A DNA stretch of 62,995 nucleotides, counting the filler, from Octopus bimaculoides (Eukaryota): assembly GCF_001194135.2 (NCBI RefSeq). It is 4 parts of 4 records of this genome, joined end to end, with 100 filler letters (N's around TTAATTAATTAA, not from the genome) between each part and the next. Parts side by side here need not be neighbours in the genome. Positions count along the whole stretch, not along the records: positions 21,243 to 41,451 come from NC_068993.1; 3 more parts are not named here. The stretch is one strand, 5' to 3'. The position numbers and the translations under genes were made by a program. Shown here piece after piece: positions 26,480 to 39,981 of the stretch. Numbering within the stretch: the first letter of the stretch is position 1; every line of letters starts with the position of its first letter. The notes beneath the pieces are model-generated. The model was not told the DNA's origin. It did no database searches and worked only from the letters and a program-made list of their open reading frames with translations.

Positions 26480-26790
26480 CCTAAATGTATTCTCAAATTT
26501 CAGGAATATTATTGCAGCAGTTATTTCTCACGAGAGAAACATTTAACCTCTATTTTAAATGTTTATGAGTGAGCTGACATTTTCCGAAGTAGCTAAAGCT
26601 ATGTAATTAAGACCTTAAACACATCGTACAATTCAGCTCGGAAAATGAACTCTTCTCACAAAATCTCTCATAAAAAATATCGTATATATGGATCAATGGT
26701 CGTAAAATATATCATCTCAGTATCTAATGACAAACATCATTACACGTTTTTGATAAAAGAACTGTAAAAATAAATATTTTATGGAATCAT
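26480..26790 (+). mobile_element. Possible, highly decayed hAT transposase C-terminus
   Basis: Fragments FSEVAKAM..SLIKN..MDQ..HLSI* loosely follow the hAT dimerisation-domain pattern across several frameshifts. Confidence 0.25.
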
Positions 26791-27410
26791 AATAGATTAA
26801 CCTTTGATTTACGTATTAAGTTAATATATATGAAACTGTTTCTAATTTAGAACTATGTTTTATTATTTCACGTAATAATGGTGTTGTTGCCCTAAATTTT
26901 TCATTTTGTTGTCATAAACCTTTGTTACTAATTTTTAAAAAAATCATATCTGAAAGTTTTGAAAGTTTCCTGGCACTCACAGATGCAGTAAATTGCTGAA
27001 AGTAAACATGAGATAATTTTATATACCCGTGTAAATAAGGTAATTAATATAAAATAAAAATGCATTAAAAGTAGCTTGAACACCCTTGGTGTCCATCAGT
27101 TTTGTAAAAACGGAAAGAAAAAGATGTGCTTGAAATCGTATAACTGCTTGTGCACCATCTATGTAGCAACGGGAGGCAACTTTTAATATGCTTCGGACTT
27201 TTGTAAAAGGCTATAACCAAAATCGTATAGCAAAGCTCGTTACTCCTGGTATATTTTCTTACTTTAAACCTTTAACTGTCTTCTATATCTAGACACACGA
27301 TATCATCCTCTCCACGTTGAACTTCAACGCTCCTTTTTTCCTTTCTGACTTCTACAACGCCCGTTAGAAAGATATTTCTCGATATTTGGACTGGTGTTCG
27401 AAAACATTAA

Positions 27411-27637
27411 TCTCTTTTATCTTTTACTTGTTTCAGTCATTAGACTGCAGCCATGCTGGAGCACCCTCTTGAGGAATTTCAGTCGAACTAATTGACCCTA
27501 GTATTTTATTTTTTTAGCCTGGTATTTATTCTATCGGCCCCGTTTGCCGAACCACTAATTTACGGGAACGTAAACACACCAACTCTGCTTGTCAAGCGGT
27601 GTTGGGGAATACAGACACCACATACATGCGCGCACGC

Positions 27638-27709
<72 letters not shown>

Positions 27710-27864
27710 GACAGCCTTCTTTCAGTTTCATCTATCTAATCCACTCACAAGGCTTTGGTTAGCCCGAGGCTTCTAGGAGACACTTGCCTAAGGTACCACG
27801 CAGTGGAAGTAACTCGAAATCACGTGGCTGAAAAACATATTTCCAATCACACAGACACGCCTGC
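27411..27864 (-). mobile_element. SINE family A, full length, with the central segment expanded into (GATA)n (27639-27708)
   Basis: Both the tail (cttttacttgtttcagtcattagactgc..) and head (..cacaaggctttggttagcccgagg..) blocks are present. Confidence 0.9.
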
Positions 27865-28000
27865 GTGTTAATGAGGATCTTTGGAACAATATCATTCTGC
27901 AGTGATTTCAAATAGTTAGCACTACATTCCTCTCTACCACTCACGGACTAAAAAGTTTTCACAGTCCCTATTATCAATGCTTAAATAATATTCAGTCCCT

Positions 28001-28120
28001 TTCTTGATCATTCCGATTGCTCCTGCAATCATTAGTATTGTAACCGTCATGAGATGTCACATCTTTTCGATTTTCAAATCTTTATATTTTTTGAGCTTAT
28101 CAAATTCTTTTGTCGAGATC

Positions 28121-28125
<5 letters not shown>
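28001..28125 (-). mobile_element. R4/Dong-like RLE-domain fragment
   Basis: Minus translation ISTKEFDKLKKYKDLKIEKM*HLMTVTILMIAGAIGMIKK; its end overlaps the motif that starts the 62852-62995 fragment. Confidence 0.7.
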
Positions 28126-28158
<33 letters not shown>

Positions 28159-28936
28159 TTCTTCCTTCCTCCTCCTCCTCTTACTACTACTACTACTACT
28201 ACTACTACCATTACTGTGTGATCCCATTTACTCCTCTCAGCGGAGTCAGTGTACACTGCTTCCTCTAAATGCACATTAACAAACCCACCTCAACTTTTTC
28301 AGTAATACCGTCAGTATTATGGACCACGAATCCTCGTCTAATTTTGTTTTCTGTTTTTTGTTCTCCCTTTAATCTCTACTTTTATATCATCACAGCACTA
28401 AAATATGCGACTATACAGAATATTAACCGCATTGTCACCGTCTGGTTCGCAGTTACCTATAGTTTAATCAACAAGCATTTCACGTATTCAGATTTACACA
28501 CGATACGATTTAGTAAGTAAGATAAAAGCTTCATAAAGTAATTGGTGAGAAAAACAAACATCATTAACAAAATAAGAATTGCTAAAAATAATTTCAAGAA
28601 AATATTTCTACATCCGGTTTATCACATCGCTCCTCATTCGCAACATTCATGTCTTAGGTAACGGCATTTACACAACAGCAACAACGCCTTTCAATCTCAA
28701 ATCTGTAACCTTGTACATAGGAAAATCAAATGAAAATAAGAAAAAATATCGCCGTTTTCAATTTCTCAAAGTTTTGAATAACGAAACATATCAATTATGA
28801 ATTCTATATTTACAGATTTTCATTCATAATCCTGATGTAAATCTAAATATGGCTGCCTTAAAATCACATACATAAACCTGTTCCTCCATAAAAACCATAA
28901 ATATAACACAAATAAGTAAATCTATCTATTTCTCTC

Positions 28937-29005
<69 letters not shown>

Positions 29006-30685
29006 NNNNNNNNNNNNNNNNNNNNNNNNNNNNNNNNNNNNNNNNNNNNNNNNNNNNNNNNNNNNNNNNNNNNNNNNNNNNNNNNNNNNNNNNNNNNNNN
29101 NNNNNNNNNNNNNNNNNNNNNNNNNNNNNNNNNNNNNNNNNNNNNNNNNNNNNNNNNNNNNNNNNNNNNNNNNNNNNNNNNNNNNNNNNNNNNNNNNNNN
29201 NNNNNNNNNNNNNNNNNNNNNNNNNNNNNNNNNNNNNNNNNNNNNNNNNNNNNNNNNNNNNNNNNNNNNNNNNNNNNNNNNNNNNNNNNNNNNNNNNNNN
29301 NNNNNNNNNNNNNNNNNNNNNNNNNNNNNNNNNNNNNNNNNNNNNNNNNNNNNNNNNNNNNNNNNNNNNNNNNNNNNNNNNNNNNNNNNNNNNNNNNNNN
29401 NNNNNNNNNNNNNNNNNNNNNNNNNNNNNNNNNNNNNNNNNNNNNNNNNNNNNNNNNNNNNNNNNNNNNNNNNNNNNNNNNNNNNNNNNNNNNNNNNNNN
29501 NNNNNNNNNNNNNNNNNNNNNNNNNNNNNNNNNNNNNNNNNNNNNNNNNNNNNNNNNNNNNNNNNNNNNNNNNNNNNNNNNNNNNNNNNNNNNNNNNNNN
29601 NNNNNNNNNNNNNNNNNNNNNNNNNNNNNNNNNNNNNNNNNNNNNNNNNNNNNNNNNNNNNNNNNNNNNNNNNNNNNNNNNNNNNNNNNNNNNNNNNNNN
29701 NNNNNNNNNNNNNNNNNNNNNNNNNNNNNNNNNNNNNNNNNNNNNNNNNNNNNNNNNNNNNNNNNNNNNNNNNNNNNNNNNNNNNNNNNNNNNNNNNNNN
29801 NNNNNNNNNNNNNNNNNNNNNNNNNNNNNNNNNNNNNNNNNNNNNNNNNNNNNNNNNNNNNNNNNNNNNNNNNNNNNNNNNNNNNNNNNNNNNNNNNNNN
29901 NNNNNNNNNNNNNNNNNNNNNNNNNNNNNNNNNNNNNNNNNNNNNNNNNNNNTGGTGGTGGTGGTGGTGGTGGTGGTGACGGTGATGACGATAATGATGA
30001 TGATGACCACGACGACGACGACGACGACATCGACATCGACGACGATGAAGACGGTACAGGTTGTTTGGATAGTGATTGAAAGTGGTAGTGATTGGAAATG
30101 ATAGTGATGATTAAGAAACGAGAATGAAAGGAAACCAGTCTATAGAGGCAAAGAATTTTACAAAACGGTAAATGTTGTTTCATTAATTATAAGAATATAT
30201 GCATATTCTACAGGAGATAACTAATAACTTCTATTTGTAACTCAAAAAATGTTTTAAAAAATATTTCAACAATAAATAATTTAAATAATTCATGTGTACC
30301 ACTAAAATATATACTCTGAATTCGCATATCGCACTGCAAAGGATATTTCTTAACAGTAGCAAAAAGATAAAGAGGAGAAAAAAGCGTATGTATAAGTAAA
30401 GCTCATGACTGTACGTTTGTGTGAGCATACATGTGTCTGTATGTATTTGTATTTATGTGCATGTGTACACGTACACGTATTCGCGTGCATCAGTATGTAT
30501 GAGTATATATGGTCATGTATTTCTGTAAATACGTGTGTAAGCAGGTATGTTAGTGAGTGTCGCAAATGTATTATGTACATATGTATAATTCATAAATACT
30601 CATATATGAGTAATTGTGTTATATATATAAACATGTGTGTACGTGTAAATGTGTGTTTGTGCCATTGTGTGTGTATATATGTATG

Positions 30686-30732
<47 letters not shown>

Positions 30733-30770
30733 GTAATATATATATATGTTTGTATGTAATATTTATAATA

Positions 30771-30845
<75 letters not shown>

Positions 30846-31384
30846 ATGTATGAATCCGAGTTTGTATGATTGTGTCTTGAAGAAAGTAGTAATGAAATTC
30901 CACCCTAGTCTGATTTTCACGTTTTATTATTTACAATTTTTACGATTTTGATTTTGCAATATTGTAATAATAGAGTATTATAAATTTATTGTGAAAAAAA
31001 AACTAGTACTTTCGTGCATTACGCAATCATCAGGTTTTTGTAGTAGTAGTGATACTCGTGTTCCACAATAGACAAATGTAGTGAAATGATTAAATTAGTC
31101 CTTTAAATACCACCCATGGGCTCAAGCAGGCTGAATCCCACGAACCGTATCTTGACCAATCAGTGTGTAGCAGTTTGGTGAGCGCGCCAAATAAGATCTA
31201 ACTGTATTTCGACCAATCAGTACGTGGCTTAGATGTCAAGGATTCTTTACTTTGACTGCACCTAAAGAAATAATTGTTTGGCTATAGTTAGAAATGTTGT
31301 TCACAACATTCCTCTTTTCATTGAATTCTATTGCTACTATTCCTAAAACTTCCCAGAAATTTTACATTTGAATCAAATCAATGT

Positions 31385-31665
<281 letters not shown>

Positions 31666-31667
31666 TC

Positions 31668-32030
31668 CATTTAAAACGAGTTTTAATTTATCAATAAAAT
31701 TCTTTTCCCTGACATGTGTAGAATGGGAATAATATTTTCTGACCATATGCTGCCAGATGGTTCCTTAAAGCGATCTGATGGACATCGGTGTCCCTAATTT
31801 GTATTCGTTGCACACGTCAACGCTCCGATAATGCATTCCCAGTTTGACCAACGCATGTCTTTTCACAATTCGGGAATTTAATGTAGTAAATTAAATTTCT
31901 GCTTTTGCAGTTGTAAATATTCTTCCGGGTTTTGTGTTCATATATTGACTGTACCACATCGATTATCATTGCATCTAGTACCTGAATAATGTGACTCACA
32001 AGATTTTATCATCAGATATACAAATTCCAC
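31668..32030 (-). mobile_element. Penelope-like GIY-YIG endonuclease remnant (second lineage)
   Basis: YNCKSRNLIYYIKFPNCEKTCVGQTGNALSER*RVQRIQIRD..NHL..LFPFY..FIDKLKLVLN matches the C.S.N.IY.I.C..C...YVGQT..L..R...H..FI..LN pattern. Confidence 0.75.
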
Positions 32031-32166
32031 GCGACTGACTATACAATCACTCGGACTCATCAATCAGACTAGTATTCCACTGATAAACATGCGGAACTTA
32101 TAATCTGGTTTAGCAAATAATGTAATGAATACAAGTATAGGTATATTACGTATATACATACAAATG

Positions 32167-32237
<71 letters not shown>

Positions 32238-32499
32238 ATCTTCATCCCGTCAAATTTACGACACCCACACCAGGACCCCACAACACCACTAAACCAATAC
32301 CACTACTCTTTCAGCATTGATTCTGCATCCGTTTATATGCACCAGACTACCAAATAGACACCCCTTCATCTAATGCTCGCATCCAGGCGCGGATGCACTC
32401 TTGTGCTTGTATCTCCACACCTGCTTTATCTTCCATTATTAATTTCTTCTCCCATAGAACGCTATTCCCACCAGGTTTCTAATGCTTCACCCTTTTTTC

Positions 32500-32665
32500 A
32501 CCTTCTCTCACTCCCTCTATGCCTCTCTGTTTCCTTCTTCTGATGAATGACTCTCGTCCGAATCGTTATTGCACTTTCTCTTCGCGTTCACCCGTTAAGC
32601 TAATACCTTATTCGTCAAACTTTTTTCCTCTTGCGTTGTCTTTTTACTGTTCACTGAATTTACAC
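32500..32665 (+). mobile_element. Hammerhead-like terminal repeat copy ending at (TACA)n/(GATA)n
   Basis: CTGATGAATGAC-tctc-GTCCGAATCGTT (32540-32567) then ccgttaagctaatacc..cctcttgcgttgtc. Confidence 0.55.
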
Positions 32666-32669
32666 TATA

Positions 32670-32688
32670 TACATACATACATACATGC

Positions 32689-32760
<72 letters not shown>

Positions 32761-32978
32761 ACAGACAGGCAGACTGTCAGAGGTACGGAAGGACGCACAG
32801 ACAGACAGACAGACAGATAGATTAGATGGTTTGATGGATGGATGGATGGATGGATGGATGGATGGATGGATGGATGTATGCATACATGGATAGGTGGATG
32901 GATGGAATGATCGCTAAGCAGACAGACATACACACACGCGCACACATACGCACGCACGCACGCACGCGCACACGCGCA

Positions 32979-33010
<32 letters not shown>

Positions 33011-33022
33011 CACACACATACA
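32670..33022. repeat. Compound microsatellite (TACA)/(GATA)/(GACA)/(GGAT)/(CACG)/(CA)
   Basis: Direct reading. Confidence 0.95.
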
Positions 33023-33790
33023 TATTATTCTGTTTTGTTTTTCTGTATAACGATATTTGATTTTCAACATTCTATATATCCCTTGTGTTTCTTATCACAA
33101 GCCAGTTACGCTATTAGTCGCACATTCGACACACCAAGTTGTATCAAACAGTTTAATATACTGTATCCATATATGTACGTTAGTGACAATGTGATACACA
33201 GTCTTTCATATGACGTATTTGCTATCTAGCAAACTGTGCGTCATTTTGCCAAGTAATCGCCTGGTCTTTATGCATTTATGCACTTCATGATTGCCAATCG
33301 AATTAATTTGCTACGATTATATATTATACACTTATTCATTTCTAATTATTTGAAATAAAATATTGATCATAAAATATAATAGATAGTTCTAAATTATAAA
33401 TATATAATTCGTTAGTAGTTTATGCTGGTATATAGTCTAGTCGAGAGATGTACACTATTAATTTTAATAACCTCATTCATCAAGTCAACAGACTGATATT
33501 ACAAATAGCAAAGTGTATCTGTGGGATAATGAATAGTTCCCAGTGCTGTGTTGTATTTACTGAATATGTATATCGTTTGTATATCTCAATTATCTTTATG
33601 AGAAAATTAAGATGTAAAATTAAGATGCAAGAAAAAGTAAATAAATTTATAACTGGAATAATGTTTAAAAAAACTATTATCCGGCATTCGCAAACAAGTA
33701 TGATCTTGTAGCTTGTACCACGCATTCCATCATTGTTGTAGCTGCCTATATATTATTATTGTTGTTGTTGTTGTTGTTGTTGTAGTTATA

Positions 33791-34004
33791 GAGGTGGCTA
33801 GCTGGCAGGATCATTAGCACACCAGGCGAAATGCTTAGCCGTATTTCGTCTGTCGTCACGTTCTAAGTTCAAATACCGCTAGAGTCGATTTTGCATTTCA
33901 CCCTTTCGTGGCTGATAAATTAAATACCAGTGAAATTCTGGTGTCAATGTAATCGACTAGTCCCCTCCCCCAAACCTTCAGGCCTTGTGCTTATAAAAGA
34001 ACGG

Positions 34005-34046
<42 letters not shown>

Positions 34047-34049
34047 ATA
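33791..34049 (+). mobile_element. SINE family B with (ATT)n tail
   Basis: ggcagg.tc.ttagcac..ggcgaaatgcttagc.gtatttcgtctg..gttcaaat..tttcaccctttcg..gataaattaaatacc..ggccttgtgc..gattatt. Confidence 0.88.
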
Positions 34050-34050
34050 A

Positions 34051-34272
34051 AGGCGGCGAGCTAGATGGCAGAATCGTTAGCACGCTGGGTGAAATGCCTA
34101 GCGGTATTTCGTCTGTCTTCACGTTCTGAGTTCAAATGCCACCGGGGTCGATTTTGCCTTTCATTCTTTCCGGGTCGATGAACTAAGTATCAGTGAAACA
34201 CTGTGGTCGATGTACGCACAAATTTGAGGCCTTGTGCCTCCAGTAGAAAGGATTGTTATTATTATTATTATT
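34051..34272 (+). mobile_element. SINE family B with (ATT)n tail, head-to-tail after the previous copy
   Basis: aggcggcgagct..gcagaatcgttagcacg..gggtcgattttgcctttcattctttccgggtcgat..ggccttgtgcctccagtagaaaggatt. Confidence 0.9.
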
Positions 34273-35427
34273 AGTAGTAGTAGTAGTAGTAGTAGCAGCG
34301 GCAGCAGCAAGCAGATATACACATAGACACACAATCGTCTCTCACACACGTGACCAACAGAACATCGAAGATACATGCAGGGAAATATGGTTGCACGACA
34401 CTCGGCTAGTATTCAGTAGACTGGAGCATCGTGAAACGATGTGCCTTCCCAAAGCCCACAACATGCCGCCCGGCCCAGAAATCCAACAAATGAACTCATG
34501 ATTTCGATTTCAGCATCTCTATTAACTAGGCTACACATCTTCACAAAGAAATTATCTTATTCGCCAATATATCTGCATCCACGTATGTTCCTTTTCTTCA
34601 GAGAATATGACTTGCTCTATTCGAAAATATGTTGTCAGCAGATTTAAAATGAAACATTTTTTTCTAAAGTTTCTTCCAGAAGATTCATTTCTGAAACATT
34701 TTTTTTTTAAATTAATAGTGATAGTAATCTTCTTTTATGATATTGCCTTTTGTTAATTATAATATAACACGATGTCGATATTTTTATTGCAAATATAGTA
34801 GCGCATAATGGTGGTGAAAAGGATTTCAATGAATACACGTTAGTGCCTTACGATACACAGTCGTAAATATCCTAATCAATAACACAAAACATGGATAGAA
34901 ACAGAATTGATTATTATTTATATTTAAGAAATGTGGAGAGCTAAGTGAAAGAAAATATTTTTGTATAAATGCTACACTCGATATGGAGAGATTTAATTAG
35001 CTAGAGATCATAACAAACAAAAATGTCCCAATTAGTAAGGTAAAGTAACTATTGAAAATAAGCACACGTATGCCACGTGAAACAAAGCAATATTTGTATA
35101 ATTAGTTCCCCTAAGCAATGCAGTCTGCGTTGATATCTTCTCAGCGTTGCCTCCTTCAACATTATCTTATTAATCTCTTACTTTCGACCTTTCTCAAAAT
35201 AATATTTCTTCACGCCTAATTATTTTTTCCTCTATTTTCTATCTTGCCATTAGACAGATGATATTTATATCTTTATTCTTTTTTTTTTATGTTTCCACTC
35301 GATAATTTTTCTCCAAAAAGCCTACACCCTCTTCTTCCGTTCGTCTTTCACACCTCACAAACTTCATTATATGCCTTATTAATGAAGATGGCTTGCTTTT
35401 CTTTAACTATAGCTCAGCTACAATGAA

Positions 35428-35466
<39 letters not shown>

Positions 35467-36568
35467 ATGTAAAATACATAAATAAAGGAATAAATAAATA
35501 AATAAAGATTCTCTTAAGAAACTACAGCTAACTCAATTTTCACCGATTCTTTTAGCAAAAGTTCTGTAAACTTTATATCACACCGCCTCCTTTTGTCACT
35601 ACTATTATCGTTTATTGCTGCCTTAGCAGTCTTTGTTTCTGCTGATGAATTTCTACAAGTCATACTCAAGTTTAGTGCTCGTACTATCGTTGCTGATATT
35701 TATTTGTTGTAGTTCTTTGTTCTTTGTGTATTCTTGTAAAAAACTTTGTTATGGTTTTATATCATTCACTCCCCAGCTCATTTCCTTTTTGCATCTTTTT
35801 TTCTTTTCCTTCCGGTAACGGGATAGAATGGCTCTTTATGGTTTTTCCCCCTCCCCCAACACTTTTTCTTCTCTCGCCAGTGCTAGAGATAATAAGTATT
35901 CAATGTAAATCATAAGGGGAATTAAAGTAGCGAGTGAATGATACAACACTCTAAGGCAGCAACACTATTACCCATTACCCTATAAGATTATAAGCCAGGA
36001 GAAAATAATTAAATCTCATTTTGTATCAAGAACAAAACGTATGAAGTTGTTCGTCGCCATTATTGTCTATATTCAACCCCTGGCTGTTGACCAGATGGTA
36101 CCTGGTGAGGTAGTGGGATAAATCTACTGCACATTAGTTGTAAGTTTTAACCTTATCCAGTAGAACGTCTCGGGGGTTAGAGATTTTTTTTCTGGTGCGC
36201 CAACGAAGGAAACTCAATATTGTCGCTGCATCTCCTAGAAAAGTTATTGTTGGGTAATATAGACCCATCAACCCTCCAAAGATATATGATGACCATGGCT
36301 AAAATATCTTTGATCAAAGATGTGCTTTATAAAGATGAACCTGGGCTGTACGACAATAGCAACAATTATTTCCCCGCTAAAGAAACACATTTGAACGTAG
36401 TTTTGGTTTTTCTTCTACTTAATGTTATGCATCATTAATGTCACAATTCCCATTATTCTATAACTCTAAAATATATTCAAACTGGCTTTGAAGCCTTTGC
36501 CACTATTTTTTATCATGCTATATGTAAATCTGTATTTAATGTTAATGTTATGTTTATATTTATGCCTT

Positions 36569-36750
36569 TGCCGGGCGAAATGCTCAGCGGTATTTCGGCT
36601 GTCTTCACGTTCTGAGTTCAAATTCCGCCGAAGTCGACTTTCCCTTTCATCCTCTCGAGGTCGATAAAATAGGAATCACTTGAGCACTGGGTCGATGTAA
36701 TCGATTTACTCCCTCCCCCAAATACCTGGCCTTGTGCCAAAATTTGAGAT
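36569..36750 (+). mobile_element. SINE family B, 5'-truncated, with 'ccaaaatttga' tail
   Basis: Homology to the other B copies. Confidence 0.88.
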
Positions 36751-36878
36751 CACACGGCTTGTTCGAAAAAGCCTAAACGAAAAGGTTCGCTTGCTTACGA
36801 TTCTACTCTCCGCTCGGAGTGATATGCAGATACCACACAGCAATTTACCAAGTCCGTTCTCGGAAAAGACACCAAGAG

Positions 36879-37490
36879 GGCAAAATGGAAGATCCGTTAG
36901 CGAGTCCGGCAAAATCATTACCGACATTTCTTCCGGCTTTTTACGTTCTGAGTTTAAATTCCGTTGAGGTCGTCTTTGTCTTTCATCATTTTCGGAGTCG
37001 ATAAAATAAGCATGAGTTGAGCATTGAAGGCGATACAATCTACTTTTTTGTTCTTGGCACTCCGTCGCTTACGACAACGAGCGTTCCAGTTGATCCGATC
37101 AACGGAACAGCCTGCTCGCGAAATTAACGTGCAAGTGGCTGAGCACTCCACAGACACGTGTACCCTTAACGTAGTTCTCGGGGATATTCAGCGTGACACA
37201 GAGTGTGACAAGGCTAACCCTTTGAAATACAGATACAACAGAAACAGGAAGTAAGAGTGAGAGAAAGTTGTGGTGAAAGAGTACAGCAGGGTTCGCCACC
37301 ATCCCCTGCCGGAGCCTCGTGGAGCTTTAGGTGTTTTCGCTCAATAAACACTCACAACGCCCGGTCTGGGAATCGAAACCGCGATTCTATGACCGCGAAT
37401 CCGCTGCCCTAAACACTGGGCCATTGCGCCCCCACATAATCGACTTACTCCACCCTTAAAACTGCTGGGTTTGAGCCAAAATTTGAAAAA
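36879..37490 (+). mobile_element. Old SINE family B split by a family C insertion (B parts 36879-37045 and 37436-37490)
   Basis: B body resumes after the insertion with ataatcgacttactcc..gagccaaaatttgaaa. Confidence 0.8.
37046..37435 (-). mobile_element. SINE family C, full length, nested
   Basis: Head gtgggggcgcaatggcccagtgtttagggcagcgg..gtttcgattcc; degenerate TSD acaatctactt/ataatcgactt (9/11). Confidence 0.9.
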
Positions 37491-38005
37491 ATATGTTTAT
37501 AGTGGTGTATCGTGTTTGGTAAATTTCAAGCAAAGCTTTTAATGGTTCGTTTTCAGTTCTCAATATGTATGATGCATGACGTCAACTTAATGGTACAAAA
37601 AGCACAGACGACAGAAACTCATACTTCCCATTTTCTAAATAAAGAATATTTATCTATCATGTACAAGTATGAAACAATTATTATATTTCATTCGATATAA
37701 CTTTTTCTTTGCTCATCTCAGCGTTTAATTAGCAACGTTATTGATTTATATATCCATTCATTTCCTAGCTTCGTTATGAGTTGTATGTTAAAATTAAGGA
37801 ATTAAGTACAGCATTTTGGACCACCTATGGTTATTAACTCATGTGTTTAGACTGATCAATAAAGTTCTTGCTTGCAGTTATAGACTGAAACAGTAATTTT
37901 AGTTAAATAACATTTTATTAAAATCCGTGTCTTATAATATGGCGTTTGAAGATATATATATACTATCGCAAACATTTCAGTCTTTGTAAAGTTTATATTA
38001 ATATT

Positions 38006-38218
38006 GGTTTCAAATTTTGGCACAAGGCCAGAAATATCGGATAAGACATAAGTCGATGACATTGACCCCAGTGCTTAACTGCTACTTATTTTATCGACTC
38101 TGAAAGGATGAAGGGCAAACTTGAACTCGGCATAATTTGAACGCAGAACGAAAAGACGGACGAAATCCCTCTAAGCATTTTGCCTGCAATGCTAACGATT
38201 CTGCCAATTCGCCGCCTT
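38006..38218 (-). mobile_element. SINE family B, copy 1 of a tandem pair
   Basis: Minus-strand homology to B; 'ccaaaatttga' tail. Confidence 0.88.
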
Positions 38219-38237
38219 AACGACTTCTAAATACTGA

Positions 38238-38448
38238 TCTGAAATTTTGGCTGAAGGCCAGCAATTTCCGGGCAGGAGACAAGCCGATGACATCGAATCC
38301 AGTGCTCAATTGGTACTTATTTTATCGGCTCCGAAATGATGTAAGGCAAACTCAACTTGGCATAATTTGAACTCAGAACATATAGACGGACGCAATGCCG
38401 CTAAGCATTTTGTCCGACATGCTAACGATTCTCTTAGCTCACCGCCTT
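38238..38448 (-). mobile_element. SINE family B, copy 2 of a tandem pair
   Basis: Minus-strand homology; shares the variants gcataatttga and cgatgacat with copy 1. Confidence 0.88.
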
Positions 38449-38674
38449 AGCGATTTGTAAACAAAAAATGAGAAAATATGTAAGGAAAATATTTATATAT
38501 AACGTTTTCAAATCGTGAGCATTTTTGCCATTTTCTCGACAATTGCTAAAGCTGGACTTGTATATTATCTAGTAACTTCGCTTCATAAAAACTGATTTAA
38601 TTTGAGAAAGATTTGGTTGCAATTTTTTTTCCATTGCGAGCGCCACCCTCTGGTGCATCGAAAGGAAATTAGGT

Positions 38675-39027
38675 CTTTCTTTTATTATTTTATATGCTTC
38701 ATTCATTAGACTGTTGTCATGCTGGAGCATCGCCTTTTAGCCGAATAAATCGACCCCTGGACTTATTCTTTGTAAGTCTGGTGTTTATTCTATCCGTTCT
38801 TTCTGTTGAACTGCTAAATGACGAGGACGTAAACACACCAACACAGACACACATAAATATATACATATTTACGACGGGCTTCTTTCAGTTTCCCTCTACC
38901 AAATCCATTCAGAAGGCCTTGGGTGGCCGGAGGCTATAGTAGAAGACACTTGACCAAGATGTCACACAACGTGAATGAACCCGGAACCATGTGGCTGGAA
39001 GGCAAACTTCTTACCACACAGCCATGC
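38675..39027 (-). mobile_element. SINE family A
   Basis: Tail and head blocks, including acgacgggcttctttcagtttcc..gaacccggaaccatgtgg..cttcttaccacacagcca. Confidence 0.9.
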
Positions 39028-39465
39028 ATTCATAGATATTTCAGAGTTAGTCTCCAAACTCAAACCTGAATGCAACCCGAAGGGTTATATTGATTAAATG
39101 GAAGTAATTTCTAACTATTAACAACAAAATGAGAAAATATATAAAGAGAATGTTTTGATATGTTGGTTGAATATCATAAGAAATTCGCTTTGAAAGTCTT
39201 GTACAGTTCAACTATAAATCTTATTAATATAAAAAAAAAGCAACAAATGCTTAAAGTTATTTTATCAATAAAGATCATTGCTTATAACAGTATCAACCGT
39301 TAGAACTGACAGGATCAGAAGAACGAAATGTTATTAATAAAGGAAAACACCGAAAATTATATAACAAAAATCTAACTTTATTGAATATCTCTGTAATTTC
39401 AATAATTTATGCAGTTATGGGTAATAAACCCTTGAATAAATAATGATTCCTATTTAAATCAATCA

Positions 39466-39550
39466 AGGCGCATGGGCTAGTGGTTAGAGTGTTGCACTTA
39501 TACGGGATTGGGGTTTCGATTCCCGGACCCTCCGCTGCCTAGTGTTCTTC
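39466..39550 (+). mobile_element. Isolated tRNA-like SINE head resembling family C
   Basis: A box tgggctagtgg and B box gtttcgattcc; no tRNA acceptor stem. Confidence 0.55.
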
Positions 39551-39600
39551 AAAAAAAAAAACCCACTTCATTTCACGGCTCTCTCTTGTCAACTTAGTTG

Positions 39601-39760
39601 TACAAGGGTATGTTGAAAAGTTCCTGGCTTTGGGTAATAGAAAATACAATAGGATCAGTTAATTATGATATTATTTCAACATATTCCCCTCTCAGATCCA
39701 CACAATTATTGCTGCAGGCCTTCAGTTTTTCTAAGCCTCGTAAAAATAATTTGGAAGGTT
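39601..39760 (-). mobile_element. Mariner 3' terminus with TIR
   Basis: TIR-like tacaagggtatgttgaaaagttcctggcttt; minus strand shows a decayed ..LEKLK...N.CV.LRGEYVE* ending. Confidence 0.65.
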
Positions 39761-39981
39761 ATGACATCATACTGTCATAATTATTTCTCTTACTTTAATC
39801 ATTTGATAATATATTGAAATGTTATATAGAATAGTAATATATTATAATATATCAATATATTTAACAACATGATAAATTATTCCCGGATTAAATATACATG
39901 GAGAAAAGACATCTTACAATCACTTTTCCTAATCTACAATATATGAAACAAGAGAGGATACATATATCACAAATTGGCGCA

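Noticed and set aside
36100-36420. Possible pogo/Tigger remnant (DVLYKDEPGLY, compare FN.DETGL)
   Set aside because: A single weak motif, with no TIRs or supporting DDE residues.
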